NCBI RefSeq assembly: GCF_001194135.2
Contig: NC_068990.1
Span: 19,400,606 to 19,464,605, forward strand
Length of the DNA: 64,000 bases
Direction: 5' to 3'
DNA from: Octopus bimaculoides
Lineage: Eukaryota
Shown here: piece after piece, positions 13,265 through 24,572 of the stretch
How the letters are laid out: each line of letters opens with the position of its first letter
Position numbering within the stretch: position 1 is the stretch's first letter
Translations under genes and position numbers: made by a program
The notes under the pieces: model-generated
Told to the model about the DNA's origin: nothing
Database searches by the model: none
The model's input: the letters and a program-made list of their open reading frames with translations, nothing else

Positions 13265-13680
13265 TTACTCTTTTACTCTTTTACTTATTTCAGTCATTTG
13301 ACTCTGGCCATGCTGGAGCACCACCTTTATTCGAGCAAATCGACCCCAGGTCTTATTCTTTGTAAGCCTAGTACTTATTCTATCGGTCTCTTTTGCCGAA
13401 CCGCTAAGTTACGGGGACGTAAATATACAAGCATCAGTTGTCAAGCAATATGGGGGGGGGACACATACACACAAACACACACACGCACACACACACATAT
13501 ATATATATACGTATATACGACGGTCTTCTTTCAGTTTCCGTCTACCAAATCCACTCACAATGCTTTGCCGGCCCGAGGCTATAGTAGAAGAGACTTGCCC
13601 AAGGTGCTAAGCAGTGGGACTGAACCCGGAGCCATGTTGTTCCTAAGCAAGCTACTTACCACACAGCCACTCCTACGCCT
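13265..13680 (-). mobile_element. Full-length family-2 SINE
   Basis: Reverse complement of the 21850-22372 structure, with an internal (CA)n/(TA)n tract. Confidence 0.9.
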
Positions 13681-13719
13681 AATTCAAAATATGTTCTTAA
13701 TTTAATTACTATCTGTACA

Positions 13720-14015
13720 ATGAACGCCCGAGGTTTAGTGCATTTGGTTTACGATCGTAAGGTCCCAAATGCGTTGTGTCCTTCAGCAAGATACTTTATT
13801 TTTGCCGTTTCCCCAATCCACTCAGCTGACAACAATAAAGGGTATGTATATTTTAAATGGTCAACATTCCGTGTCACACTTAATCTCCCTAAGGACTACG
13901 TTATGTGTACACGTGTATGTGGGGTTCTCAGTCACTTGCATGTTAGTTTCACGAGCAGGTTGTTCTGTTGATCGGATCACTTGGAACCCTCGTCGCCGTA
14001 ACCGACGGAGTACCT
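13720..14015 (+). mobile_element. SINE sharing the family-3 3' half but with a different head/core
   Basis: 13870-14015 aligns by eye to the 3' half of 40185-40574. The head has GCGTTGTGTCCTTCAGCAAGATAC...CCACTCAGCTG. Confidence 0.8.
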
Positions 14016-14605
14016 GATGCACTCTGTACTGACAGTAATTAAGATAATACTCAGAGTAAAAACTCTTTGCAGGAGTTCTACCTGACTCTCTGAATCCAAT
14101 TCTGTTCCCCTTCTCTGTCTGTCTGTTTGTCCCTCTCTCTCTATTTTTCTCCGTCCCTCCTTCCTCCTTCTCTCTCTATTTGTCTCTCCCTCTGCGTACA
14201 TATATATATGTATCTGCGTGTGTGTGTGTCTGTGTGAGTGTGTGTGTGTGTGTGTGTATAGTCAATCAACAATTTGTATTTATAACATTGAAATGAGTAA
14301 AGTGTTTTGTCAGCACAGCCATATTAATGCAATTGACATCAAAATACTTATATTCATATCTTAATTGATTTTCATATTCCGATAAATATCCTTAATTTTA
14401 ATGTCTTTATGTGTTTAGCTTTTAAACGCAGTATTTTCATACAAGATTATATTATTAGTCTAAAGTATCAAGATTGTCAATCGTAACAGCAACTTTAATT
14501 AAATATAATCTTCTATTAGTTAGTGGCAATATCTATCTACCTCAGTATATATATATATATATCGGTATCATTCACTTTCTGTGTATATTTTATATGTGTA
14601 TATTT

Positions 14606-15342
14606 GGTGCGATAGGTAAGTAGTCGCCGTTTTATATTTTTGATTTCGCCCATACACATTGTCTGTTTTTGATTTTGTCGACTACACAATATAGTAGAGT
14701 CACTTGGGTACTGTCTGTGAGAAAGACAGCACCATGACGCAATTCAATCTGCGAAAATACATCATGTTCTTGGGAGTGATCACTAGTCATGGTTACGCTA
14801 TACCTCAATTCATTTTCCCACATGGCCTCGGACTCTACACGGAGGACAATATCAAGTGCCTGGAGCAGGTGGTGCTGCCCTAGGTGAAGAGAATGGCTGC
14901 TGTAACAACCTATGTTTGGCAACAAGAGTCTGCTCCATGCCAGAGAGGGAGGAAATGGTAGTCATGGTTGTCAGAAATGTATGCAATCACATTACCCCTA
15001 ACATCTGGATACCTAACTCCTCAGACTGCAACCCCCTTGATTATTATGTGTGGTGTGCAGTTGAGTGGGAGACCAACAAAACTCCTTGTAACACTAAACA
15101 TGAACAGAAAGCACGGATGATTGCAGCGTTCAGCAACTTCAAAAAGGAGACCGTCCAGAAGAGTTTCAGGAGATTCCGAGCTCGTCTAAAGTCGTGGTTG
15201 AAGCCAATGGCGATTGTATTGAATAAATTTACTCCTTAGTATTTCAAGATACTTTTATTTGCGAAATATTTGCGAAAATGAGGTATCAGTGTTATTTTCA
15301 TTTTTGCATAATTTAGACTACAGTTTATTCTTCGCCACCTGC
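14606..15342 (+). mobile_element. Internally deleted Tc1/mariner (maT/DD37D-like) transposon remnant
   Basis: Fragments YIKCLEQVVLP, YVWQQESAPC and HITPNIWIPNSSDCNPLDYYVWCAVE..TNKTPCNTK..KARMIAAF match WQQDSAPCH / WPPNSPDCNPLDYYVW. Stops and frameshifts present. Confidence 0.9.
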
Positions 15343-15385
<43 letters not shown>

Positions 15386-15403
15386 GTGTGTGTNNNNNNN
15401 NNN

Positions 15404-15442
<39 letters not shown>

Positions 15443-16332
15443 GTGTGTGTATGTGTGTGTGTATGTGTGTGTATGTGTGTGTGTGTGTGTGTATGTGTGT
15501 GTGTATATATGTGTGTATATATATATATGTATGTGTGTATATGTATACCTGTATCTGTGAGTGATACATGTATGTATGTCATTATTCAGTTTATTTCAAT
15601 GTTTCTTGAAAGAGTCACTTCCAACCTAGATCCAAGGCTCCTTCATCGGAATCTCAATATGTATGTCTGTCTGTCTCTGTCTATATACATGTATATATAT
15701 GCATCCCATTCATTTCCCAGCTATATGTTGGTCCATTGGGGGACATGTCTCTCTTAAGTACATTGCAGTAAATATGAAGCCATCGATATAACATAGGACG
15801 CAAAAATATTTATTCATATGATTCGTATTTAAAATATTGTTTTATTAATTTTAATGAAGTTGTTTATTTCTAAAACGTGAAATACCTTCGTTTCTTTTAA
15901 ACAATAATCATTATGCTGTGAATGCTTCTGCTTGAAATACTCTCTCGAATAATAATGAGGAATTGATTTCCTGGCATGGTATTTAAAATTTCATGACTTT
16001 ATAATCAGGGCTGAACATAAAATACCTAATAAGTTTTAATTATCTGACTTTAGTTAACCATTAATGAAAATGAACATAAGAAATGCATAATATACGTTTT
16101 AGCGACGTAACCTATTGAAATGTCATAGCTTAATTGCTTTGTGTGTAAATTATTTCTTGTTTAGAGGTGATTCTCCAAAGATAAGTGTAGTGTAGAGAAT
16201 ATTCCATTCAACCGCCACTCTTATTATATTAGTAGTTAATGGTTTTACATCCTTTAACAGCAAACCAGCACTGATATGACGTAGCTATGATATAACGATT
16301 TGAAACGATCACTTTCTATTATTTCGTCTCAG

Positions 16333-16369
16333 AGTTAACCTAGGACTATTCTCTCAAGTGCGTCTTATG
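16333..16369 (+). CDS. Candidate 37-nt internal exon (phase 2 to 0, VNLGLFSQVRLM)
   Basis: Acceptor ctttctattatttcgtctcag, donor ATG|gtaaga; only one frame open. Confidence 0.3.
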
Positions 16370-17083
16370 GTAAGATACGCAAATGTGCTTAAGAAGAAGT
16401 TAGGTTGCTTTATTTTGCTTTTCAAATATTTACGTACAAGCACCTACCTTGTCTTGAAACTCGTATTGATTTTTACATCATTGGGGATTATTTGTTGAAA
16501 CCAATAAGGAAAAAGAGCAACACTGGACATGGAAGACATAATTATAATCTACATATCACTTTCTGCATCATTACCGTTATTATATGTATGGATGAACTGT
16601 ATGAAAATAATTTCACATGTTAGGATCGAATTATTTCTATATGAACATACGTAAGTACGTAAATAAATACGTACGTACATACATACGTACATGCATACAT
16701 ACTACAGACATCCATGCATATATGATGCATACATGCATGCGTACATACATACATACACATATGTACATTCATACGTACGTACATACATATATACGTTTTT
16801 ATTTTATTGCTGTGTAGTTGTGCTAAGAAATGCAAAGTCAGTAATAATGTCATTTGAATTAAGGATTTATAAATACAGAAGTAAATCTTGCAGTGCATAC
16901 ATAAGGTGTGCTAACTTTTCCGATTCTATTTGCCTTGACAAGAAACATAAATATTCTAAGGAATGGCGTACAAGCTTTTATATTATGTTTATTAAAGGAG
17001 TTTTAGAAACAAATGATTTAACCGTAATGTTTTTTTTTTCCTGTTTGCTGTCTCAATATCTATAAGAAGGGAATGTATTATAG

Positions 17084-17203
17084 GAAAATACACTTCCAGG
17101 GAAAACTAAACGGGAGAATAAATGCAGAGATTTATGTTTAATCTGCATGAAGGATGGATATAGAAGTTGTAGAAAATCAAGAGTATTTCGAAGTATATGT
17201 GAG
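17084..17203 (+). CDS. Candidate 120-nt exon (Cys-rich frame, or carrying the ATG of a 44-aa smORF)
   Basis: tag|GAA...GAG|gtaata. Frame 0 reads ENTLPGKTKRENKCRDLCLICMKDGYRSCRKSRVFRSICE; an alternative frame reads MDIEVVENQEYFEVYV from 17154. Confidence 0.3.
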
Positions 17204-17796
17204 GTAATATCTTTACTTTGAGCATTAGATATCATTGTGCTGACGGCTGGACTTGCTGACTAAAGTGGGAACACGCTATTCAACAAGTTTAGGATACGTG
17301 TGGGTTCGTTTTCTTATATCCATCCAGTTGTCGCTTTCTTTACACCTGATCGAGAATGCAAGTGTACAACTCAAATACTTTCGCATATGTATAAACATTA
17401 TTATTAAATTATTAACATTATATTCTTTGCTATATAGATTTGTAGATATCGAGAGTTGAGAATTAATTCTTAGCTTACGAGAGGAATTCTTTATATTTTG
17501 CAACGTAAGTGATAATCAAATATTGCATTGAATATCAGAATTGATATTTTTCAATATCCACTATCACAATAATAAAGGATTTTAGGTAAGCAATATTGAG
17601 AATACAAATGAATTAACGGTAATCGTTATGTATAGAATGTTAGTGTATTAATTGCAATACATCTTTGCAAAAAGAAGACTGTCTAATGTAAGCATACTTT
17701 CTAAATCTTTACCGAAGAGAAATAAAATAATTCCATTTTGTATTGGTAACAAAAACATACATAATCAGATTTGTGGGTAAACTAGATTTTAAGCAG

Positions 17797-17881
17797 CTTA
17801 TATCTCGATGAACTATGGATTCGTAACTTTTGGAAACATGAAAATGAACGAATAAGACAAGATCAAGAATGGAAAGAATGA
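17797..17881 (+). CDS. Candidate terminal coding exon (LYLDELWIRNFWKHENERIRQDQEWKE*)
   Basis: cag| acceptor with a weak pyrimidine tract; phase-2 entry compatible with the 17203 donor; protein-like composition. Confidence 0.3.
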
Positions 17882-20800
17882 AAAGTCAAATAAAACATAT
17901 TTCAGTGAGTCAAAGATCAATTCATAAAAATATTGATTCACTCATCTTAAATTTGAAATTACGTTTGCATTTTTGATATGTACAATTATTGTTATTTGTT
18001 TTTTTTTTGTTATTTGTTTGTTTTTGTTATTTTTTTGTTTATTTTTTCATTAAATCAATGGTTGAAACTAACAAAACTCTCATTCCATGATTTGAATTTT
18101 TTGTTTGTTCCACCTACTCTATACCCGCGAGTCCGAATTATACTGCTCATATAGAATTTAATTTTCATATACAAGAATGATTTTCATATCAATATGAAGG
18201 ATCGTTAATAATATTTTTCCAGATTACATTATGTAATACCTGAAATGTACTGCAATAATACTTCCGCTTATTATAAAATATTTTGCTATGTCTGTACATG
18301 AGTATTGAACATTCATCTACTAAGACCGAGATGTTTCTCTTCTTTGTGTTGTTCATATATCCATATGTTTCCGAAAGATTTTATTAAAGTTCTTTTTTCT
18401 GTTTAACCCATATTACATTTGATCAATAAGACCTACTATCGCATTGGTCCATCTTACCGTCTTACAATGTATCCTCCTTCAGTTTTGAGGAGAATATGTC
18501 TGTTATTTCAAGCAGGTCTAAGAAACATGTCGTGATTCTCTGAGAGCTATATTACACTGAGCTGAAATTTGCCCAATGTTTCATCAATTATTAATTCATA
18601 TTTATTCAGTAAATAAGAACATTATATTGCTAATTCTTTTTATGGAACAAACGGTGCCTGAGGATTAGCTAATGAAAGTTTCGACCATTTTATGTAATAT
18701 TATTTGTGGTACTGCATACATCTTGGTTGACAGAATTATTCAAAATAAAGATATGTATCGTAACAAAGATCACAGTTTGATACCGATAAGACCACACAGA
18801 CTCTCAACTTTCACACATAAAGGGATAAAATAGCAGGAGACTATATTTGTATCTGTCAGTTTATATTAATATGAAGGTCGTCAAATATGTCATATTACTT
18901 GAAATTTTACTATTACAAGTTTATTATTGTCTCTGTTTCAGTGCAAATAAAATTTAATCTAATATAATATAGTATTTATGAATATTTTATCGAGTGGTAA
19001 AGCCGCCTAGCTATTTTTATGTGCACACCTTAAAGTGCATAAAATTATATGCGGCTGCTTCTGCCATTCAAATGTAGCATTAATATATGCACACATCTTT
19101 AAAACGATGCTTTATGATAATACTCTCTCAGAAAAGCCCCTAAATATAATTTACATTTTATAAATCGTTCACATTTGAATATGTGTTTTACCGTTTAGTT
19201 AGTGTTCGATAAAATATAGAGCTACTAAAATATGGCACTCGATTTAATTATTCTGTAGATGGTTCTAATAATAATGGTTGAGTAATTTGTAGACGATGCA
19301 GATATCCTAACACAGCCGATATATTTGTGGTGCTTATTTTGTGATTGATAAACTGTTGTGTCCATGAATAATGCACTTCAAGGGAATTAATGGATTATCG
19401 TTCCAGATAAATACCAGCTTTATGGATTCGTGGGATTGAGTAAATAATAGTGTTTCATAAACTTATAAAATTATATTTAAATTTTAAAACCATTGTCATC
19501 GTTACATTTACACATTACTCATCATTCAGGGACGTGATCCAATGTATGATATTCCGTTTGATTTCGCCACCTGCAATAAGCAGCTGCCGCTGTTCTCGAA
19601 AATCATTCGCTAACATCTTAAAATCGGACATGACGTAAGAGATAATGTAGTTTTATATATCCATAACTGCACAGCATCGTTATGGCTTGTAAACAGTTGA
19701 CCTGGCGCCAACAGCAAAAACGAAAACGAATTGAAACACTACACCGTTAATATAGAGCCGGAAATGATAATACACACTGGAATCAATCCTTTATTAAGAC
19801 ATAAAATGCACCTCCGCCTTTTGTAGCATGTTAACAATGGATTTTATTATAGTATGCTTATCATAGATCTTAACAATGGATTTATTGTAATCAGTATAAA
19901 CACAGAGTTAATTATCGGCGTCTGATCGATTCATATAATCGATACTGATACTTATTTGATCAAATCCGTTTAGATGAAAGCAAAACTGCAGACTGGCAAT
20001 AATTGAGCAAACAAATAGCTTGAACTAAACAAAATAGTAATTTATTTCGCACCATGTTATCGTGGTCACATCATTTTGTTGGTACACAGCGAGGTGGGAG
20101 GGTATATTTGAGTTTGTTATTGATGGGTTAACTTTGATCAAACTGACCTACGTTCAAAACCATTCCAGCTATAAATATATTTTATTTAAGGCTGTGTTGT
20201 AGGAGTGCATGTCGCAAGATACTTCATATAAACTCGTGTGTTGAAGCATATTTTGTTTACTTCTGGTGGGTCATAATGCTAATAATAAACACATGCCCTG
20301 GCTCGATTTGACTGTTTTACTATTTATTTCACAAGCAGACTAGGAGTGGAGAAGGCTTGTCATTGACGTGAATAGCGTCGAAAGGACTTTGTCAAATACT
20401 CGTTGACTGAATTCTTGTCAGAATATTTCATGAAACATCCGATTAGTTAATCGGTTAAGTAGTTAAACAATTTATTGCCAGCATAATGAATGTCTCGACG
20501 TACAACCAAATGTAATGGTTATGTATTATCTAATATATCTTTCCCTTGATTATGTCATTCGAATGTGATTGCAGAATATTCGGTTGCTATTTCTAGCATG
20601 TAAATTTACAGTGGAACATCCTTCACATCGGATCATCTGAGTTAAGTTTCATATCAAATGCGTTACTATGGTTATATTACAAAATGTCACCTGACGTCGG
20701 TTGGCGGATTGGTTGGTTGGTTGGTAGTTATCGAATATCGTAACAACTTTTCAGCTTGTCATGAACGATTATCAGTTTACTGAGAAAATCATTATTTCAA

Positions 20801-21849
20801 TCTAAGACGTTAAGTGCCTTTTGTTCAGCTATCGAACACTTGCTGACGACAATAAATTACGTTGGCTCTCTCTGTGTCTGTCTTCTAACCTCTCTTCACA
20901 TCTATTAAATAGTTCATTTAGAGCAATCTCTCTCTCTTTTTTTCAGATGTCTGCGATTCGGAGTAGATTACATCTTAAAGCGAATATAATCACTATTTTA
21001 TCGTAAACTATTATGGGTCTAAGTACGCTTAGAATGAATCAAGATAAAACGATATATCTATATATCTTCTCTTGAGATTTGGACATGTTCGTGTGTAGGA
21101 GACAATGTAAATACCATTTCTGTGTGTACTCCCTGCATTTACGTTATATTTGTATGTTTTTCATTATAGCAGCATTTCCAATCATATGTTGTTGTTGGTT
21201 GGGTTGGTTGTATTTTTTGTACAAACGAACCGCTCTTTTCAATTTAGAATTTCTGTCGAAGTTAAGAACAAATAATTAAATATAACGTTTCATTTCCGAA
21301 AGAGCGCTATCGTCATTTTCTTTAAAAGAATGCCTTAGTCGAAAGAAAGAATTCGTGTTGAGTTGAAACGACAAAGTGGATTTGATTCTTATTTGAAGTC
21401 ATTTTCACTAATCTTGTGCAAGAAAAATCATTGGAAAAATCTATTAATAAAAACAAATTCAAGTACAGCTTGTATAAAAGTCTGTGTCCATTGCCAAAAT
21501 ATAATACAAATATTAACTTTCTCCGTTCTTTTATTTCTCCCAGTTTGCTAATAAATTTTATTTAGGCAGAATCTGAAAATGTACGATCTGTGAAGGCTGG
21601 AAGATAACGTTACGTTACTTAGTAACATAGCTCCTGGTCTTGTACTTCAACTACTATTAGAGTTGTTTTTAAGTTCGTATGTAGCAAACTTAATCAAATA
21701 GTGAAGGTCGTTTTCGGGTTGTTCACTCAACTTTATCATAAGCTGGCATTGTTTGTGTCGGGTCATAGATATTAAAAATAACTGTTCCAAATTATGGCAC
21801 AAATTCAGCAAATTTAGGATGAGGAGTTTAGACAATATCATCAATTTTA

Positions 21850-22372
21850 GGCGTAAGGGTGGCTCTGTGGTAAGTAGCTTGCTTACGAACCACATGGTTC
21901 CGGGTTCAGTCCCACTGCGTGGCAGCTTGGGCAAGTGTCTTCTACTATACTCTCGGGCCGACCAAAGCCGTGTGAGTGGATTTGGTAGACGGAAACTGAA
22001 AGAAGCCCGTCGTATATATATATATATATATATATATANNNNNNNNNNNNNNNNNNNNNNNNNNNNNNNNNNNNNNNNNNNNNNNNNNNNNNNNNNNNNN
22101 NNNNNNNNNNNNNNNNNNNNNNNNNNNNNNNNNNNTATATATGTATATGTCTGTATATGTTTGCGTGTCTGTGTTTGTACCCACAACATCGCTTGACAAC
22201 CGATGGTGGTGTGTTTACGTCACCGTAACTTAGCGGCTCGGCAAAAGACCGATAGAATAAGTACTAGGCTTACAAAGAATAAGTCCTGGGGTCGATTTGC
22301 TCGACTAAAAAGGTGGTGCTCCAGCATGGCCACAGTTAAATGACTGAAACAAGTAAAAGGGTAGAAGAGTAA
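21850..22372 (+). mobile_element. Full-length family-2 composite SINE (OR/CORE-like) with internal (TA)n microsatellite and gap
   Basis: tRNA head GGCTCTGTGGTAAG...GGTTCAGTCCC, core CTTGGGCAAGTGTCTTCTACTATA, internal microsatellite, 3' part GGTGCTCCAGCATGGCC...GAAACAAGTAAAAG. Confidence 0.9.
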
Positions 22373-22944
22373 TCCTCATACTTGAACTCTAGCATTATAG
22401 TTTTGTAATTTAGCCACTATGTAGTTTCAATCTTGCTTTTGTTAATTTTGGCGAGTCGATTTAAAAGAATGTATATCGTCATATACTTCAAATTTTGTAA
22501 AGTTATTTTGTTAACAAAATTTTCAAACATCGCTAACAGTATCAATTTTGACAATGCAAGAAATCAGTGTCTCTATGTGTTTCATCGTTATAAATAGCAG
22601 TCACATAGTTCTAAATTAGCATCTCATCGTATTAATCAGAAAAAGGAAACAATATACAACGCAGCACTCGTTACGTTGTTTGAAAATACAAGACACTCAT
22701 GGCCGAAGCCTTCTGTAAAAATTTAGTCTATTTAATCAGAAGTAACCTAAGGTAAGCAATATCAACGCAATGAAAATTTATTCTACAGCTTTTCAAAATT
22801 TTACATTTGTTAGATACAGTCTTTAAACTGTTCAAAATTAATTTTAAACGAAATAGTTATTAAAAAATAATTCGAATATACAGGAATGTAATACATACAC
22901 CCCCTACACACACATATATATATATAGACAAACAGATAGACATA

Positions 22945-23004
22945 TAGATAGATAGAAAGATAGCTAGCTAGATAGATGGTTAGATAGGTAGATAGATAGG
23001 TAGG

Positions 23005-23053
<49 letters not shown>
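22945..23053. repeat. (GATA)n microsatellite
   Basis: Read directly. Related (ATCT)n arrays at ~8819-8866, ~44243-44310 and ~51689-51776. Confidence 0.95.
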
Positions 23054-23054
<1 letters not shown>

Positions 23055-24063
23055 CGTTCGGTGGTACGACATGAAGTAAAGAACCAGTCGATAGTTGTGT
23101 ATATAACATATACTACTACAACTGGGGAACTCCTCCCTTACAAGCACTCACAGTGACTTTGATTACGAAACCTGTCTCTTGTTAACACATTCAGCATAGT
23201 TGAATAGGAGTAAGACATAACACATTATAAGCACAATGAAGTAATTTAAATATTTTTCCAAATGGAATTCCTGAACCTGGAGTAAAATAGGATTTTGTGC
23301 ATCTCTTAATATTATCTAATGCATTAGTTGCGTAAGACAGTTTTAGGCAGTTTGCACCATCGTCAATTTTAATTTTGACGTTACCATCTGGGTTTACAAC
23401 GATAACATAAATATTTGTGATTAAATGTTGTTGATAATCTCTTGAGAACGCTATTGAGAAATGTTCAAAGGATTTTAGGAGTTGAGAAATATTCAATTAT
23501 GACACGTTTTAAATTTATCGTACGCCTCGTTAACGTAAAATCTCTGTACAACTAACAGGCAGATGTTCGAAAGCCTTTCCGTTTTCGGTTGAAACCATTT
23601 CACTTTTTTATATGAACACCACAATGATGTTTTTCTCTGTAAAAAAAAAAAAAAATAGAGCACATTTTGTCAGGGTAAAGGAATCTATATTTTACCAGTC
23701 AATCACATATCAACGGAGATGAAAGGCTACAAGTCAGTTCTGAATGATGAGCGTATGTAATATCCTGTCGTCTTTTGCTCTTAGCTTTTGCTTCAGTCTT
23801 CATACAATTGTCATACAAAGTGCGTTATATAAACAGCACTCACTGTACAACAAAGAGGACAGAGCACAGTATTGATGGACAGAGAAAACTGTATGTTTTT
23901 TTCTTATTTTTCTTCTCTCATTTGAATCAAATTTATTTCATAATGCATCTATAATGGCCTTGTGCAACAATGACAGAAAGATACCTTCTTTGTCCCCCTA
24001 AAAAAGCAGTAAGATGCAGTGTTTTGTGCTTCTCAATATTTCTACAAATACATTTAAGACAGA

Positions 24064-24572
24064 ATCGTTAGTAAAATATTTAGCTGCATTTCTTCCGTCT
24101 TTATGTTCTGAGTTCAAATTCAGCCGAGGTTGATTTTACTTTTCCTCGAGGCGCAAGTCTTGATATTTTGAGGAAGGTGACTAATCGATTACATCAGCCC
24201 CAGTTTTCAAATAATACTTATTTTATCGATTCGAAAAAAGGTCGTGTTTCAAAACCAACCGCAGCGGAATTCAAATCCAGAACGTAAAAAGCCGGAGGGA
24301 ATTCCGCTAAGCATTTAGTCCGATTTGTTAACGATTCTACTAGCTAATAGTAATTATAATAACGGTTTCAAATTTTGGTACAGGGCCAGCAGTTATTGAG
24401 GGGAAGCGGAAATCGATTATATCGATCCCAGTACTACAACTTCAATTATATTATCAACACCCGAACAGATGAACTGAAAAGTCGAAAGGTGGGATTTGAA
24501 CCCGGGACGCAAAATGCCGAAAGAAAATTCCGTTAAGTATTTTGCCAATACGCTAACGATTCAACCAGTTAC
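24064..24572. mobile_element. Cluster of three degenerate family-1 SINEs (one +, two -)
   Basis: Plus copy GTTCTGAGTTCAAATTCAGCCGAGG (~24064-24232). Minus copies with GCGGAATTCAAATCCAGAACG...CCGCTAAGCAT (~24200-24345) and ~24362-24572. Confidence 0.75.

Noticed and set aside
14611-14622. Second AG|GTAAGT motif
   Set aside because: No pyrimidine tract, and it lies at the mariner element's terminus. Weaker AG|GT sites at 17585, 56904 and 62978 were also not promoted.
23191-23496. 101-aa non-repetitive minus-strand ORF
   Set aside because: No ATG start, no recognisable motif; a few ORFs of this length are expected by chance.
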